Below the pieces are notes generated by a model. That model was not told the origin of the DNA. It worked only from the letters and a program-made list of their open reading frames with translations, and did no database searches. Shown one piece after another: positions 25,398-38,693 of a stretch of 64,000 nt of DNA. The position numbers and the translations under genes were made by a program. Origin of the DNA: Felis catus (lineage: Eukaryota); contig NC_058368.1 of NCBI RefSeq assembly GCF_018350175.1, positions 137,146,001 to 137,210,000 of the forward strand. Reading direction: 5' to 3'. Every line of letters starts with the position of its first letter. The stretch's first letter is position 1.

Positions 25398-25598
25398 GGG
25401 GCACCTGGGTGGCTCAGTCGGTTAAGTGTCCAACTTCGGCTCAGGTGACAGCTCAGAGCCTGGAGCCTGCTTTGGATTCTGTGTCTCCCTCTCTCTCTGC
25501 CCTTCCCCTGCTCATTCTCTCCCTCTCCCTCTCTCTCTCCCTCTCTCTCTCTCAAAAATAAATGATAAACATTTTTTTAAAATTATAAAAAAAAAAAA
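25398..25598 (+). mobile_element. CAN-SINE lacking the B-box segment
   Basis: gctcaggt is joined directly to gacagctcagagcc; TSD aaaagcaaccaYcctgg. Confidence 0.95.
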
Positions 25599-26499
25599 AA
25601 AAGCAACCACCCTGGCAAGGACTCCAGAGGTGGAACATAGTATTGAGGAGAATGGGGCATGGGGGCATGGCTGTTTGTGAATACTGATCCACATGTACAT
25701 ATGATTTGGGAGGTTGAGAATAGGCTTTCAAGACAAAGCCATATAAAGAATAGGTGATTTGGCGTAATAAATAACATACAGAGAAAATGATGTTGCACCA
25801 TAAAGAGGAAAGTCTACGGCATATTCAAGAACTTTAGCAGAAGAAATCAAAGCCCTATATGACTTTTCTTGGGGTCCACGTTCTCAGGCCACACCATGTC
25901 TGCTGCAATGTGACTGCACTCACCTTCCATCTCTCATGAACACAACAGTGATGACTTTACCGATGATGTATTTTCCCATGAATTCTTCACCCTAAATTTC
26001 AGGGTATTGGTGTTGGTAACTTGATCAGCTTACTGTGCTGTGAATTTTTCCCCCAGTCATGAAAGCAAATTATTCGGTTTCAGAACCTAAGTCTACATAA
26101 AGCTAGCTATATCCTAATTCATGATCAAACCATAATAGGCAGGTCCCATAATCAAGAGCATTTCTCAGGACCTCATGTTCATGGACAACTAAATTATCCA
26201 TATGGTGGATAGCACAAGTAAAAGAGTGGTTGCACACAGGGAGTTTCAATTGGACAATGTTGTCTAACTTTTTGAGTCTCTGCATTTTTTACTATAGGTT
26301 AGAAAGTATATAAAAAACAAAACCAAACAAAAAACTAGAAGACAGAAAAAAGTATGCCAGACTCTAACAATTGGGTCAGTTCTAATTTAATTGTGAGAAT
26401 GTTAGGTACAAATTGTGACATGTAATTTGGAAAGAGCTCTGAGATGGGAGTCTGATTTTGCCTGTTGGATAGCAGGTTTAACTGTAAGTGTTGAATGAC

Positions 26500-27075
26500 T
26501 AAAATCTCCCAGAAGGTACTGACCACGGCACAACAGGTTTGCACATCAGTGAATATGAAGAAGGACGAGAGGGCAAAGAAGGACTAGGAATAGGACTTAG
26601 AATTTGCATCATTCTGGAGCCCAGCCGGAAACAGAAGTACACCCACCAGAGGATGCTCCAAGAGTGGTCTATGTATGAAAGTGTGTGCAGGGCATCGGGA
26701 AACCATAAGGAGTAGTGCAGAACTCCAGGGCAAGGGACTGTGGAGCTGCTGCCATTCCTAGAGCTGAAGGAGACAGGGGAAGGAGCATTTACTAGAACCC
26801 AGAATGAGAAGTGGTGAGGAGAGGCAGAATGTAACAGAAGACATAACCTTGAGTCCAGAGAAACAGCGAGCCTGAGATGATGAGATGACCCCATTGGGAG
26901 GAAGCAGGAATAAATACCTCAATCTCCACCTTCCTCCTCTCTCTAATCTGCTGCTCCCTCTCTCTCATCAGCCAAGACCAAATGGAGCCCCTTTATGTGG
27001 TCCAAGCAGGTTAGCCTACTGGCCAGAGAGCAGGTAGAGAAAGAAATTCTGGAGGGACCAAGGAGGATAGACCCT
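26500..27075. mobile_element. Old MaLR LTR (MLT1N2/M-like)
   Basis: ccattcctagagctgaaggagacagggga...tactagaaccc and gttagcctactggccagagagcaggtagagaa...ctggaggg. Confidence 0.5.
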
Positions 27076-27455
27076 ACTCCAAAAAATGGAAGCCCCTTAG
27101 GATGCAACAATGCATCAAGATTGGAGCATTAGCATCATTTCCCCCCTTTCATTCCAACCTCTGTTTAAACAAGAAGATAAAATCAGTTAAGAAAATCTTC
27201 CTGGAAATAAGTTATGTTTTAAGAAAGAAGGGAACGTGGCTAGGGGTAGTCAAGAGGACTGTAGGAAGAGATTATTGATGTTGCTGTCATCTTCATCTGA
27301 TATTTCAAATACAGCAAAAATATATCACCTGGTATATCAAATACAAAAAAAAAAAAAACTATGTACTGTCATCTTCCACATAGTTTCTGCTGTATTTGAA
27401 GGCAAGTGTCCCAATGACCGGTCAAAAAAGAAAAGAGGAGGCAGACCTACATTTC

Positions 27456-27688
27456 TTTTTTTTTTTTTTTTTTTAATTTTTTTTTCAACATTTATTTATT
27501 TTTGGGACAGAGAGAGACAGAGCATGAACGGGGGAGGGACAGAGAGAGAGGGAGACACAGAATCGGAAGCAGGCTCCAGGCTCTGAGCCATCAGCCCAGA
27601 GCCTGACGCGGGGCTCGAACTCACGGACCCCGAGATCATGACCTGGCTGAAGTCGGACGCTTAACCGACTGCGCCACCCAGGCGCCCC
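27456..27688 (-). mobile_element. CAN-SINE, very young
   Basis: Perfect TSD cagacctacatttc at 27442-27455 and 27689-27702; long T tract; CpGs intact. Confidence 0.99.
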
Positions 27689-27829
27689 CAGACCTACATT
27701 TCAAGGAGCTGCTTTTCCCATGCTTCATAATGCTGTGCCCAGAAATAAGCTGTGTGAAGGCAGATTGTTGATCTTCTGGGGAAGAAAAGGTGGACATGTC
27801 CTGGTTCACCACTGGTGGGACCAAATATC

Positions 27830-28012
27830 TTCTTGAAGTCCTGGCTCTAAAATTACATAGGCCTATCTAGATCTGCACCCTGGCTCAGCCACCTAATTGT
27901 GTGATCTAGGGTCAAATTTTGGAAGCTTGCTAAGCCTTAATTTACTAATTTGACAACTGAGGACACAGTACCTCCCCCTGGCATTGTAGTGAAGATTAAA
28001 GAAAATAACGTA
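27830..28012 (+). mobile_element. MIR
   Basis: tgtgtgatctagggtcaaattt...gcattgtagtgaagattaaagaaaataacgtat. Confidence 0.7.
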
Positions 28013-28014
28013 TC

Positions 28015-28530
28015 TGTATTAGTAAACGTTCTTTGGTTGCAAATAATAGCATCTGATTCTGGCTAATTTAAGCAAAAAAAAAAAAAAATAGAGACAGACA
28101 GAGAGAGAGGAAAAGAGAAAGATTGGGTGAGAAGTGGAGGGCAGGAGGGAAGAAGAAAGAGAAGAAGAGTATTTGTTAATGCTGGGGTGTCTCGGTGTTT
28201 AAGGAAGAAGGGAAGAAGGAGTGGTTTGAATGTTCATATCACATACAGACCTCACTGTAATTCTTAATGGTTTCAGTCTTGGCAAATGTCTGAGAAAGCA
28301 GGAACCGGGACCACTCCGGGATCCTGGCAGCAACTGTTTTCTCCCTTCTTGCTGGAACAGATGGATATGTGGCTTGGTTTCAGTGACTACAGTCCATTGC
28401 CTCTTCATTCCCAATGGAAATGCCAGAGAGAGAATCTCATTGGCTCAGTTTGGATCAGGTCAATCAACTAGGTCAACCAGCCACAGTGAGGATAGGGAAG
28501 GGGTCTTGCAACACGGCAAGGACACAGCCG
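28015..28530. mobile_element. MLT1J/K-like MaLR LTR
   Basis: tgtattagt...ttggttgcaaataa...ctggctaatttaagcaaaa and agagagaatctcattggctcagtttggatcagg. Confidence 0.65.
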
Positions 28531-29339
28531 TGCATGTCCACCCATGAATGTCTAGAAAGCAATCCTGGGGAAGGACGGATCTAATGAGCCATGCAGCCCC
28601 AGTACCTATAGAAAGCTGTAGCATACAGAACCCAACACATAGAAGTCTTCGTGAGGTGTTAGCTGTTGTTATTTCAGTGGTTGTGACAAGAGGTAGCATC
28701 TAGAAATTCAAGTTTCTTGTCCCTGAAGATCATTTGCAGACCATTACTGTTAAATAGCCGTTACTGTTAATATCTATACCTTAAAATTTTTGGATTTATC
28801 TTCTCTCTCTCATTAGATTATAAATCCATAAGAAAAGGAACCATTATATGTCCCACCATCTGTCTACGTCCTCATTATTTAATGAACAGTGGGTGCCCAA
28901 TAGATGTGGCCTACTCCCTAAAGCTCATCAATCTATACTGATATCAGAGCTCCTATAAGCAAATTGTGCTCCCACTTGCCCTTCGATGAAACCTAACTCA
29001 TAAATCAGTGTCTGTTCAATAAACTAGATGTTTATGTAGTTTATATTACTAAAAAAAAACCCTGTGTTTCAATTTGCAGAAAAAAAAAATCATTTCAACC
29101 CCCACTTAACATTTTAGGAATTATTGGAAATGGCTTACAATAAATGTATGTCTGCTGCCAGCTGTGATCAAATGGTAAGAGCTGCCTGGCACTACGTTGA
29201 AAGGGTTTATGAGAAAGAGGCGGAGACACAGAAAATGCTATCATCAATTATTAATGTCCTGCATAGACACAGGATTGAGAAGCGGTGGCATGTATGTTAA
29301 GTATTTGGCATTCCTGGGCCATATTCAGAAACAAAAACA

Positions 29340-29563
29340 GGGGCACCTGGGTGGCTCAGTCGGTTGGGGTCTGACTTCAGCTCAGGTCATGATCTCATGG
29401 TTCATGAGTTCGAGCCCCACGTCGGGCTCTGTGCTGACAGCTCAGACCCTGGAGCCCGTTTCAGATTCTGTGTCTCCCTCTCTCTCTGCCCCTCTCCCAT
29501 TCATGCTGTCTCTCTGTCTCTCAAAAATAAATAAACAGTAAGGAAAAAAAAACTTTAAAAAAA
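29340..29563 (+). mobile_element. CAN-SINE
   Basis: ggggcacctgggtggctcag head, B box, tail. Confidence 0.97.
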
Positions 29564-32076
29564 TGTTTTTTAAACCACCTAGGGACAAGCTCACTGTTCC
29601 CACTGAGGGCAGGCCACATTTGCAGCATCTCTATGACAACTATAGTCCGCCAAGAGTCACCCTTGAACATGTCCTCTTTGACAATGAAAACCAATATGAC
29701 GCATGTAAACGTGGGTGTTTAAAACCTGAGAATTTAAGTTTCTACTCTTCCCTTCTGGTGATAATTATCAGGTTGTTGGTGTTTGTTTTTTTGGCTTTTT
29801 TTGGTTTTTTTACCTTGAGTGCCACAAAGCTGCAGAGAACCAACATATTTAGCATAGAATGTGCTGGTTGTCCATCTAATCCAGGAGTCCTGCAGAGATA
29901 AAGATGGGCAAAGCATCTGGAAATAGTAAAGGCCCGAATTACGTCTGATATCCTTGTGACCAAGCACTGGCTCTCAGTTCTCTGGGAGCATTTGAACAAC
30001 TCCATATTCACTAGATTTTATTTTGCTAACAATTATGTGGCCTGCATTTTCTTTCTAATTATTGCTTTATACGCATTTTGCAAGGCTCTTGAAATAGGAA
30101 CAAATTTGATTTATGTAGTGGAACCTAACATCAACAGTTGATTTAATTATGGGGCAGAAATGCATATGGAAATGTTTAAAAAACATTCCCGTTGTCAATT
30201 AGTTCTTGAAAACAAAGAAAATTCAAAATTTTAAATATAAAGAGATACACAGTAAATATGGAAGGATATTTTAGGACCAACAATATGTAATTTATTTCCT
30301 TTGTGTATTTCTACTTGCACCCCTGCCAAAAAACAAAAAAATCTTGTTATTAAAATGTTTCAAAATATATTATTGTCTTTTTGTTTCCCAAATTGAATTA
30401 CAGCCTGATGGATTAGTTTCATTAAAAAATTACAAAGAATTGAGGGGAAAATCCAGTAATAATAAAGATGTAAATAGTAAAATATACCGACCCAAATAAA
30501 ATAATAAAGACAAGTAGAAAAGAAAGCAAAATACTCAAGATACCATTATCTATATGACTCTCGATATCCTTAATTTGAGTGATTCATAACCCATTTCTAG
30601 AATACTGACTGCATGTTCAATGAATTCATTACCGATTCAATTTTGGTTTTGATTAGTTCCCTTCGAATTTATGGGTCAAATATTCAAACATAGAAATTCC
30701 TGGCTTCTGTCTTTGCAACTTAAAATAGCCATTATTTATCATTGTTTTCTCTAGAGACTCCTTTCAGACTTGAGGATATAATTGTTCCCACTTCATTCAT
30801 TTCCTAAAGAGCAAAGTATTATTCTAAATATTTTGAGATTTCTGGACACTTTTTTGTTTAAGCATTTCCTGTTAGGCCTTGCATGCTTCTCTCTGTCCAT
30901 TCCCAGTCCAACTCCCAGGCACTGAGAATTCAGGCAGAAATGATCTTAGATGCCATTATTAATATTCGTCAGGTCATGTGATCCATGCACTTTAGAACTT
31001 GAAGGAAACCAATAGGCTTGAAGATCTATCTGGTATTGTGAGATCTGTGGTCTGACTCTCTTTGATGTTTCTCTGGGTGTCATTGAATACTTAATCCTAT
31101 TCATTGCCTGGACCACCTCATCTCATAAACTTTCCAAATGAATAATTCCTGATCAACCCAATGTGCCGTTTCACTTCACCTTTTCAAAGGTGGATTTATG
31201 AGAGAGAAAGTGACACCATTTTCGAAAAATTTGTCCAAATTTCCCAGCACATTTTTAAGCACTTCAAGGTTATAGTCCAAATGCAGCCAAATACCTTTTT
31301 TTCCATGAAATTCTAGAAGCATCCAAGCTTCTATTGCTATACTGATGAACTACCTCCAGCATTCATCCAAGGAACCTAATCTGTATCACCATAACTCCTT
31401 GGCTGATGGAAAATGACATGTAAGTCAATATCACTCTAAAGAACTTCTGCTTGCTTACTGCTTATAGACTTATTTTCAAAACATAGTAGGAAGCTATAAC
31501 CCACTCTGAGCTCCCACTGAAGGCATAGATATAATTTTCAGCCGATACATCACTTAGCCTGAAAGCCAACTTTGTCACAATAGTGCTATTCTCATTCAAA
31601 CCACAAATCCTTCTCTAAAATAAAATCCTCTGTCTTGTGTGTGCAGGAAAAGAAAGTGCATTCTGGGCACGTTTAAAACCCATTGGTTTCTGAACAACTG
31701 CCAGCTCTTTTTTCTTTCAAACACCCACCAAAAACCCCAGCCTCTCCACAAAAGCTCCCATATCTTGACAGTAATAAAGCCCAATGCGTGGCCACCAATC
31801 CAGAGAGACCAGCACCACAGAGTCCATAATAATCCATTTAAAGAAAAAACTATCATTGTGTACACTTGGTCATTTATCTTAACTTATTTTTGTTCTGTGA
31901 GAATTTATCTTGATTCTGTAGCACATCGCATATAGAGATGCTGTGTTTATTTTACTTTCTTTCCTCTGGGTTCTGTGTTACCTGCCAACAACAGCACTTC
32001 TAACTCTTAAAGGACCTGAAGTGCTATTTTATGAGATTTCTCATATTTGAGGGTATTTCATAAAGACTGAATTCAA

Positions 32077-32271
32077 GTGAGCCTGGGTGGTTCAGTCGGT
32101 TAAGCATCTGACTCTTGATTTCAGCTCAAGTCGTGATCTAGAGGTTTATAGGATCAAGCCCCATGTTGAGCTCTGTGCTGCTTAAGATTCTGTCTCTCCC
32201 TCTCTCTCCTCGCCCCTCCCCTTCTCTCTCTCTCTCCCCCTCTCTGTCAAAATGAGTAAAATAAATATTAA
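32077..32271 (+). mobile_element. CAN-SINE with internal deletion
   Basis: TSD aaagactgaRttcaa at 32062-32076 and 32272-32286. Confidence 0.95.
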
Positions 32272-32294
32272 AAAGACTGAGTTCAAATCTCCTG

Positions 32295-32543
32295 TTTTTT
32301 TAAGGTTTGTTTTTTTTTTGAGAGAGAGAGTGCGATTGAATGAGGGGGAGAGAGGGGGGGGTAGAGAGAGAGAGAATCCCACAAGGGGCAGAAAGAGAGG
32401 GAGAGAGAAAGAGAGGGAGAAAGAGTTTGGAACCCAAAGCAGGGCTCCCACTCACCCAATACGGGGCTCAAACTCGCAAACCATGAGATCACAGCCTGAG
32501 CCAAAGTGGGACACTTAAACCAACCGTACCACCCAGGTGCCCC
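32295..32543 (-). mobile_element. CAN-SINE variant with expanded GA/CT tract
   Basis: ggggctcaaactcgcaaaccatgagatc...accacccaggtgcccc. Confidence 0.92.
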
Positions 32544-33642
32544 AAATCATCTCATTTTTTAACTCAAGAAAAGCAAAGCAAATTGATACATCCACCACAA
32601 ATAACCACTGCTTTCTAGCTTACAACGTCCTGGCCTTCTGTTACTCTCTAGTTGAACTCACCAAACAGACAAGAAGGACCAGGGCTCTTATTTAATGGAG
32701 GTGGACTACTGCTTATAGATTATTTAGGTAATCTGAGTGATCAAGGAACACAAGAATAATACCTGCCAGCTCCCCTGGAAGGATTTATTTATTCATGCAT
32801 TTCGTTGAAGGAATCTTGATGACTGTGTCTAGTTCCTGGCACAGAGCCCCAGAGTCTCACCGCATGAACTCAGATCTCAGCTCTACCCCTTCCACTGACC
32901 TCAGTGTTCTGACTGGTGAAACAGGCACTGTCCCCATAACCACACACGTTACAGGGCTGTGGTTGGGATGAAGAGAGAGGAGATGGCAGTTTGGGCAGGG
33001 GAGGTGGCCTCTGGGTATCTCACCCATGTTGTTTTCCTGCTGTTCTCAGAATCAGGGGCTAACTGCAGACATCACAGACTGAAGAATTGCTGTCATCTGA
33101 GCATTTACCCCATGTGCAGTCAGCGGGTCATGCAGTGAACTCATGTGATTTGGCAGGTCCCATTTATTTCCTCCACAGCTTGAACCTTCCTTGTAAAATA
33201 TGGGATTCCACTCAGGCTAGGGTTCTTATGGAACAAGGCCTTCCAAGGCTCCATGTTGGAGTCTTACCTATTTTTATATTTGTACCTTAAGGCCATTGGC
33301 AGCCATATTCACTCTCCTGACCCCACAATCTGCAATTCTGGCTACCATTATTAAGGGCCTACTGTGTGCCTGACCCTCTCCTTGTCATTCACCTTACATG
33401 AAACTGTAAGGTGGGAATTGTTTTTTCTTCCTTTTAACTTATGGGGGAAGTGAAATTCAGAAACATACATAACTTACCCAAGACCACAAAGCTAGGAATG
33501 GGTCAAGTGGGTACTTAAAATTAGGTGTGAGTCTAAAGGCCATATTTTCTTCAGTATACTAGAGAAGGCAAATAAATTGTAACTCATAAGCCCAATTGGA
33601 TGCATTGGTCGTGAGTGAATTCTGTGTTAAAAAGCATTTTGA

Positions 33643-33851
33643 GGGGCGCCTGGGTGGCTCAGTCAGTTAAGCGTCCAACTTTGGCTCAGGTCATGATCTC
33701 GCGGTTTGTGAGTTCGAGCCCCACATCAGGCTCTGTGCTGACAGTTCAGAGCCTGGAGCCTGCCTCAGATTCCGCGTCTGTGCCCTTCCCATGCTCATGC
33801 TCTGTCTCTCTCTGTCTATCAATAATAAATAAACATTAAAAAAAATTTTTT
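33643..33851 (+). mobile_element. CAN-SINE
   Basis: Canonical head; TSD cattttga. Confidence 0.97.
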
Positions 33852-34001
33852 AGACATTTTGAGGCTGGGCCTAAGGTCAGAAGAGAAAAATCCTGTTAAC
33901 AGTGAAAAATGTCTGCCATGGGCTCTGGTGGGGAGAAAGGCAGAGGGTGGTGGATACCAATCTGACTCCCAAATATCCCACCTTGTTTCTACTTACTAGA
34001 A

Positions 34002-34113
34002 AGGCTGTCAGCGCAGAGCCGGATGCAGGGCTTGATCCCACAAACCATGAGATCATGACCTGAGGCAAAATGAAGAGTCAGACATTTAACCAAATGAGCC
34101 ACAAAGACATCCC
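34002..34113 (-). mobile_element. CAN-SINE 5' half only
   Basis: gctgtcagcgcagagcc...gagccacaaagacatccc; CT tract and tail are absent. Confidence 0.9.
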
Positions 34114-34374
34114 TGCAAGTTTTTAAAAACACAGATTTTAGACAACTATTAAATATATTGGCTTCCCCATGGAACTGTTACATAATTATATTATTGGGTT
34201 TATTAGGCTTCTTCCTTTTGCAATGTGTAGTAGACTGATTTGTGTGGCATGCACTCCCAGACATGTGGGAGTTTCTTAAACACTGCCTGATCGGTGTCAG
34301 TGTGGAACATAGAAAATACTGACTGTGACATTTGTGCATAGGCCTTCTAGTGCTATTAAAAAAAAAAAAAGTAC

Positions 34375-34600
34375 GGGGCGCCTGGGTGGCTCAGTCGGTT
34401 AAGCATCCGACTTCAGCTCAGGTCATGATCTCGCAGTCCGTGAGTTCGAGCCCCACATTGGGCTCTGGGCTGATGGCTCAGAGCCTGGAGCCTGCTTCCG
34501 ATTCCGTGTCTCCCTCTCTATCTGCCCCTCCCCCGTTCATGCTGTGTCTCTCTCTGTCTCAAAAATAAATAAACGTTAAAAAAAATTTTTTTTTAAAAAA
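34375..34600 (+). mobile_element. CAN-SINE
   Basis: Canonical head, B box and tail. Confidence 0.98.
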
Positions 34601-35859
34601 GCATACTCTTCCATTTTTACTTAACAGCCTCTGCTAAGCAAACTACTTTTTAATTGAGGAGAGCTGCTGAGTTTGTGTTTTTGTTTGGTTTGGAGTGTTC
34701 CCCTCCTTTTTAACCACTTCAATTAAATCCATACAGACCTTGAGGTTAAGAACAATGGCTCTTCTCTGACTAGCTTTCTAAACAGGCTTAGCCATAAGGA
34801 CTTGTTCCCTGCTACAGAAACTAACCATCCAGGTGTTGTGTGCAGGGAAACAATGTGTGCCTAGAATCTAGGTTTGAATATAGAAACCTCACTCTGATGT
34901 GTAACTAACTAACTCTCTGCTGAGGAACTCAGAGCTAAGCGCCAGTCCCTGGATTCCTTGGTATTTGGCATGACTTAGAAAACCTGTCTGGTACCTGGTT
35001 CATAAAGCCCAGTCATCGTGAATGTGCCAGTGGATATAAAATCTTTTTTAATATCTGATGTGAAAGCCCCATTTCATGTACAAAGCAACTCTCATATTGC
35101 GTTAGTACTGAAATGACTTGTTTTGGCAAATCTAGGATTCAGTTATGATGTTCTCTAACATGTAGATTTCACTACAGAGGCTTTCAGGAAATGGGAACTC
35201 ATGTGTGAGTGATTTAAATGATTACAAAGTTTGGTTTTCATAAAGCCTGTTTCCCTCAAGGAGGAAAGTTCTCCTCCTTGGGCTTTATGATCATTTTAGA
35301 CTAGGGAGAGTTTGTAATGCTGTCAAGAGCTGGCTTTCCCTAGAAGATGACTAGCCACCTCTAACGGGCTCCATGAGGTCATGTTTTCCCGTTCCTAGTG
35401 ATTCCTGGGATAAATTTGAGTCACTTTTGTAGTCTTAAACAAAATATAATTTTTTAAAGGATTCTTACTCTTACTTTATATTATAATAATGAAGCAAAGA
35501 AACCAGACTGTCAACCTTACGATCCACATGTGCATCTAAACACATTGTCGTTGGCCGCCAGATTCACCCGTTCAGATGCCCCTTGGTTTCAGTGCATGTG
35601 CCTTCGAGACAAATAGAATCTGGTTTAGGATAAAATGAGCTCATTCTCCTGGACAGAGGGAAAACCAAGCTTGCCAATTCTGGTCCTAATCTCACTCTTT
35701 TATTGTTATGATGCTTCAGGACAGCCACGAAGTTTGCATCTACTTTAGAATTCAAATCTCAATTCTGGAATGCTACAAAGATAATGATAATAAATAATTT
35801 CATAGTCCCCCTTCCTAGAAAAAGCTGGTGAGGCTGTTCATCATACATAGTCAAACAAT

Positions 35860-36340
35860 AACAAACATCCGGGGGCACTGTGTACCAGGCACTTTGCAAG
35901 TGCTTCATATACATTGTTTTATTTAGTCCCTACTGCAAGCCCTGGAGTCAGTACTCCTTATGATCCCATTTTATAGAAGGAACCGAAGCACATAGGTGTG
36001 CCACAGGTAGCAGTGGTCAGAGGAGCAGTTTGAACAGGTCTTTCTGACTCTGGAGCCCATGCTCTTATCACATGATAGGTTAGATTGCTTTTGTAATAAA
36101 ATAAAAATATTGTAACATTTAATATTAATTGAATGCTAGCTAGATGCCAGGCCAGGTAGATGAAATTTACATGTCATAACTCACCTTAGCAAGAAACTGT
36201 TCCAATCAGCATTTTGCAGATGAGGAGTTGAGGCTGAAAGAGGTGAAACAGCTTGCCCAACGTCTCCCAACGAGAAAACGACAGAACTGAGTTCATTGGA
36301 CAGGCCTGCCCCATCAGTATCCATCTCCCAGTCTTCTGTG
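35860..36340 (-). mobile_element. Two MIR copies
   Basis: cccattttatagaaggaaccgaagcaca and cattttgcagatgaggagttgaggctgaaagaggtgaaacagcttgccc. Confidence 0.75.
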
Positions 36341-37363
36341 CTCTGACAGCTGTAGAATGACTGTCAAGAATAACAGAGTCACAAAGATTCTGTGGTTGTG
36401 GTACAGTGAAAATTCAAATGGTCAGTCGTGTGCAGCTATCTCTCCTGCACACACAGGAGGAGCAGGGCTCTCACCTGGGGCAGGGGCCTCTCGAGGCTGA
36501 GACCAGACATGAAAGAGAAGCAGGAGTCATTCCGCCAAACCTGCAGGGCAGGGAACTGAGGAACAGGCTAAGGGTCAAATGCAACAAAGAAATACGCGGA
36601 CAATGGACAGACGCAAAGTGGCTGGGCAGAGAGGAACAATCAGATGTAAGGCAGAAGAACTTCAATCAGGTAGCAAGATGGAATAGGCAAGTCTGGGAAG
36701 ACAGCCACCGGCAAGACCCTGAAGCCTGGGAGAATGGAAGCCGAACCCGCTCGTGATTTACAAGTAAGGTGGTCAGAAAACCTGTCGGATGAGGGGCAAG
36801 GACGGACCTCTGCCACTGAGCTCTCCAGACTCCCGATAAACTGAGTTAATCCATCCCCAACTAAATAAAAATCGTGATCATCTGGACTTTTTTTGTAATC
36901 TCTTCCCTGTAGAAATAGATAAAGAAGTCTATCATCCTCCCTTGCAGAGCTAGCGAACATTCCCATTTGCCATTTACCCAATTTACTTTGACTGGAACAG
37001 CCATCCGCTGAATTCATTAAAGGTTTCTGTTGTGAGGCTGCCTTGACTCTGGTTAGCGTCTTCAATAAAACATGTCTCACTTTGTTCTCTCTCAGTCAAT
37101 CTCCCTGGACACCCCACATAATCATCCTTTTGTAAACAGAGCAGGCTTTGAAGCCGCAAGGAATCCTGCAAGGCTGAGAGAGAGAGAATGAGCTACAGGC
37201 TCCCTGGTGGAAACCGGAGACTGAAAATCTTTCATAACCTTCATTGTTTTCCCTGATTGTGAAAGTAGCGAGTGTTCTTTGTAGAAAATACACCAAAGCA
37301 TCAAGAAAAGAACTCTTCTCCAACAGAGAAAAGCAAACATAATATCTGGTTTAGAGTATTCTG

Positions 37364-37432
<69 letters not shown>
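37364..37432. repeat. (TG)n(TA)n compound microsatellite
   Basis: Directly visible. Confidence 0.99.
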
Positions 37433-37443
<11 letters not shown>

Positions 37444-38569
37444 AGCATTAAATTTTGTGCAATTTTATTTCCTGTTTTTTTCTTTCTTTCACTTGACATA
37501 GATGGAAGTTTTCCCCGCCGTCCCCCCCCCCCCATGTCACATCAGTTTTTACTCTCAGCATTTTTGGTGACTCCATATTACATTATGTCACCTATTCTAT
37601 TGAATGTCTGGTACTTACATGGAAGGGTTTCTTTTTTGTCTTTTTTATATTAGGCTGCTGTATTTGCTCTGTGGTTACATATTCAAACCCTGCCTTATCC
37701 ATTTCCTCTCTACGCTTTCTGAAATTTAAGACACTAGTTCGGAGACTCAGAAGACCCTGCTACATAAGCCCTGGGAAACAGAAATTCTAGGTTTTGCCTT
37801 GAGTTCTGCCGTCAATTCCCTAAGCAGCCATGGCCACCTCCCACTTTTCTGCGTGTCCTATTCCACATCTGTCATGTTGCACTAATTGAGACACATAGCA
37901 GTTTGGCAAATGAGAAGATTCCACCTGGTCAGCGGGGCACTGAACCTCAGAAGAGCCAGTGTCTCCCAAGAGAAATGGTCGTGATGGCATGTGCCAGGCA
38001 TTGTGCTAAGTTACGATACATCCATTACCTCGTGTGCTACTCTCAATATCCCATGAGGTATAAACGATTATCTGTGGTAGAAGAGGAAGTTGAGGATCAG
38101 AGAGGCAGAGGCCTGGCAAGTAACAAGAGGGGTGTCCAAGGCTCATAGTCCCCAGTGATGGGGTAAAGCCCTCTTCCCAAAAGACTCCGAGCTCTGTGAC
38201 CACAACCTGTGAGACAGTGTTTGACCAGCTGCTTTTCAAAGATAACACATCTGTCTGCACAGCTTAGAAGCCAATGGAAGATTGTACATGAGGCACTTTA
38301 AATGTTCAAACCAAATTTTTAAAAAAGCCCCAGGTCCTGACATTTCCAAGGGCCCTGGTCTTCATTGTCTTTCCTGAGTATTTTAATTGTAAAAGCATGT
38401 ACCTCTTTAACATCCCCCTTGTCCCTGTCATGGAGGGAAATGGTATTTTGAGTTTTGGTAACCAGCCTACAGACACGGGTCTATTTTTGTGAATCCGACA
38501 TATCCCTCCATTTTCCCTCAGCACCCCTCCCCCATTGAGTTAGTCCCTCCCTCCCGCTCCCCCCCCCAC

Positions 38570-38617
<48 letters not shown>

Positions 38618-38627
38618 TACACACACA
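38570..38627. repeat. (CA)n microsatellite
   Basis: Directly visible. Confidence 0.98.
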
Positions 38628-38693
38628 CGAAGGCCCTCAGAAGAGAGCACCTCTCCCACCCTGCCTTCCAGCCTCCCTGCCCCCACTGTGACT

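Noticed and set aside
26103..26285. CAIHH peptide resembling a hAT transposase CxxH motif
   Set aside because: A single short motif with no other catalytic context or terminal repeats visible.
36406..37080. Overlapping 116-aa and 146-aa ORFs
   Set aside because: No recognisable domain or exon structure; such lengths are expected by chance in 64 kb.
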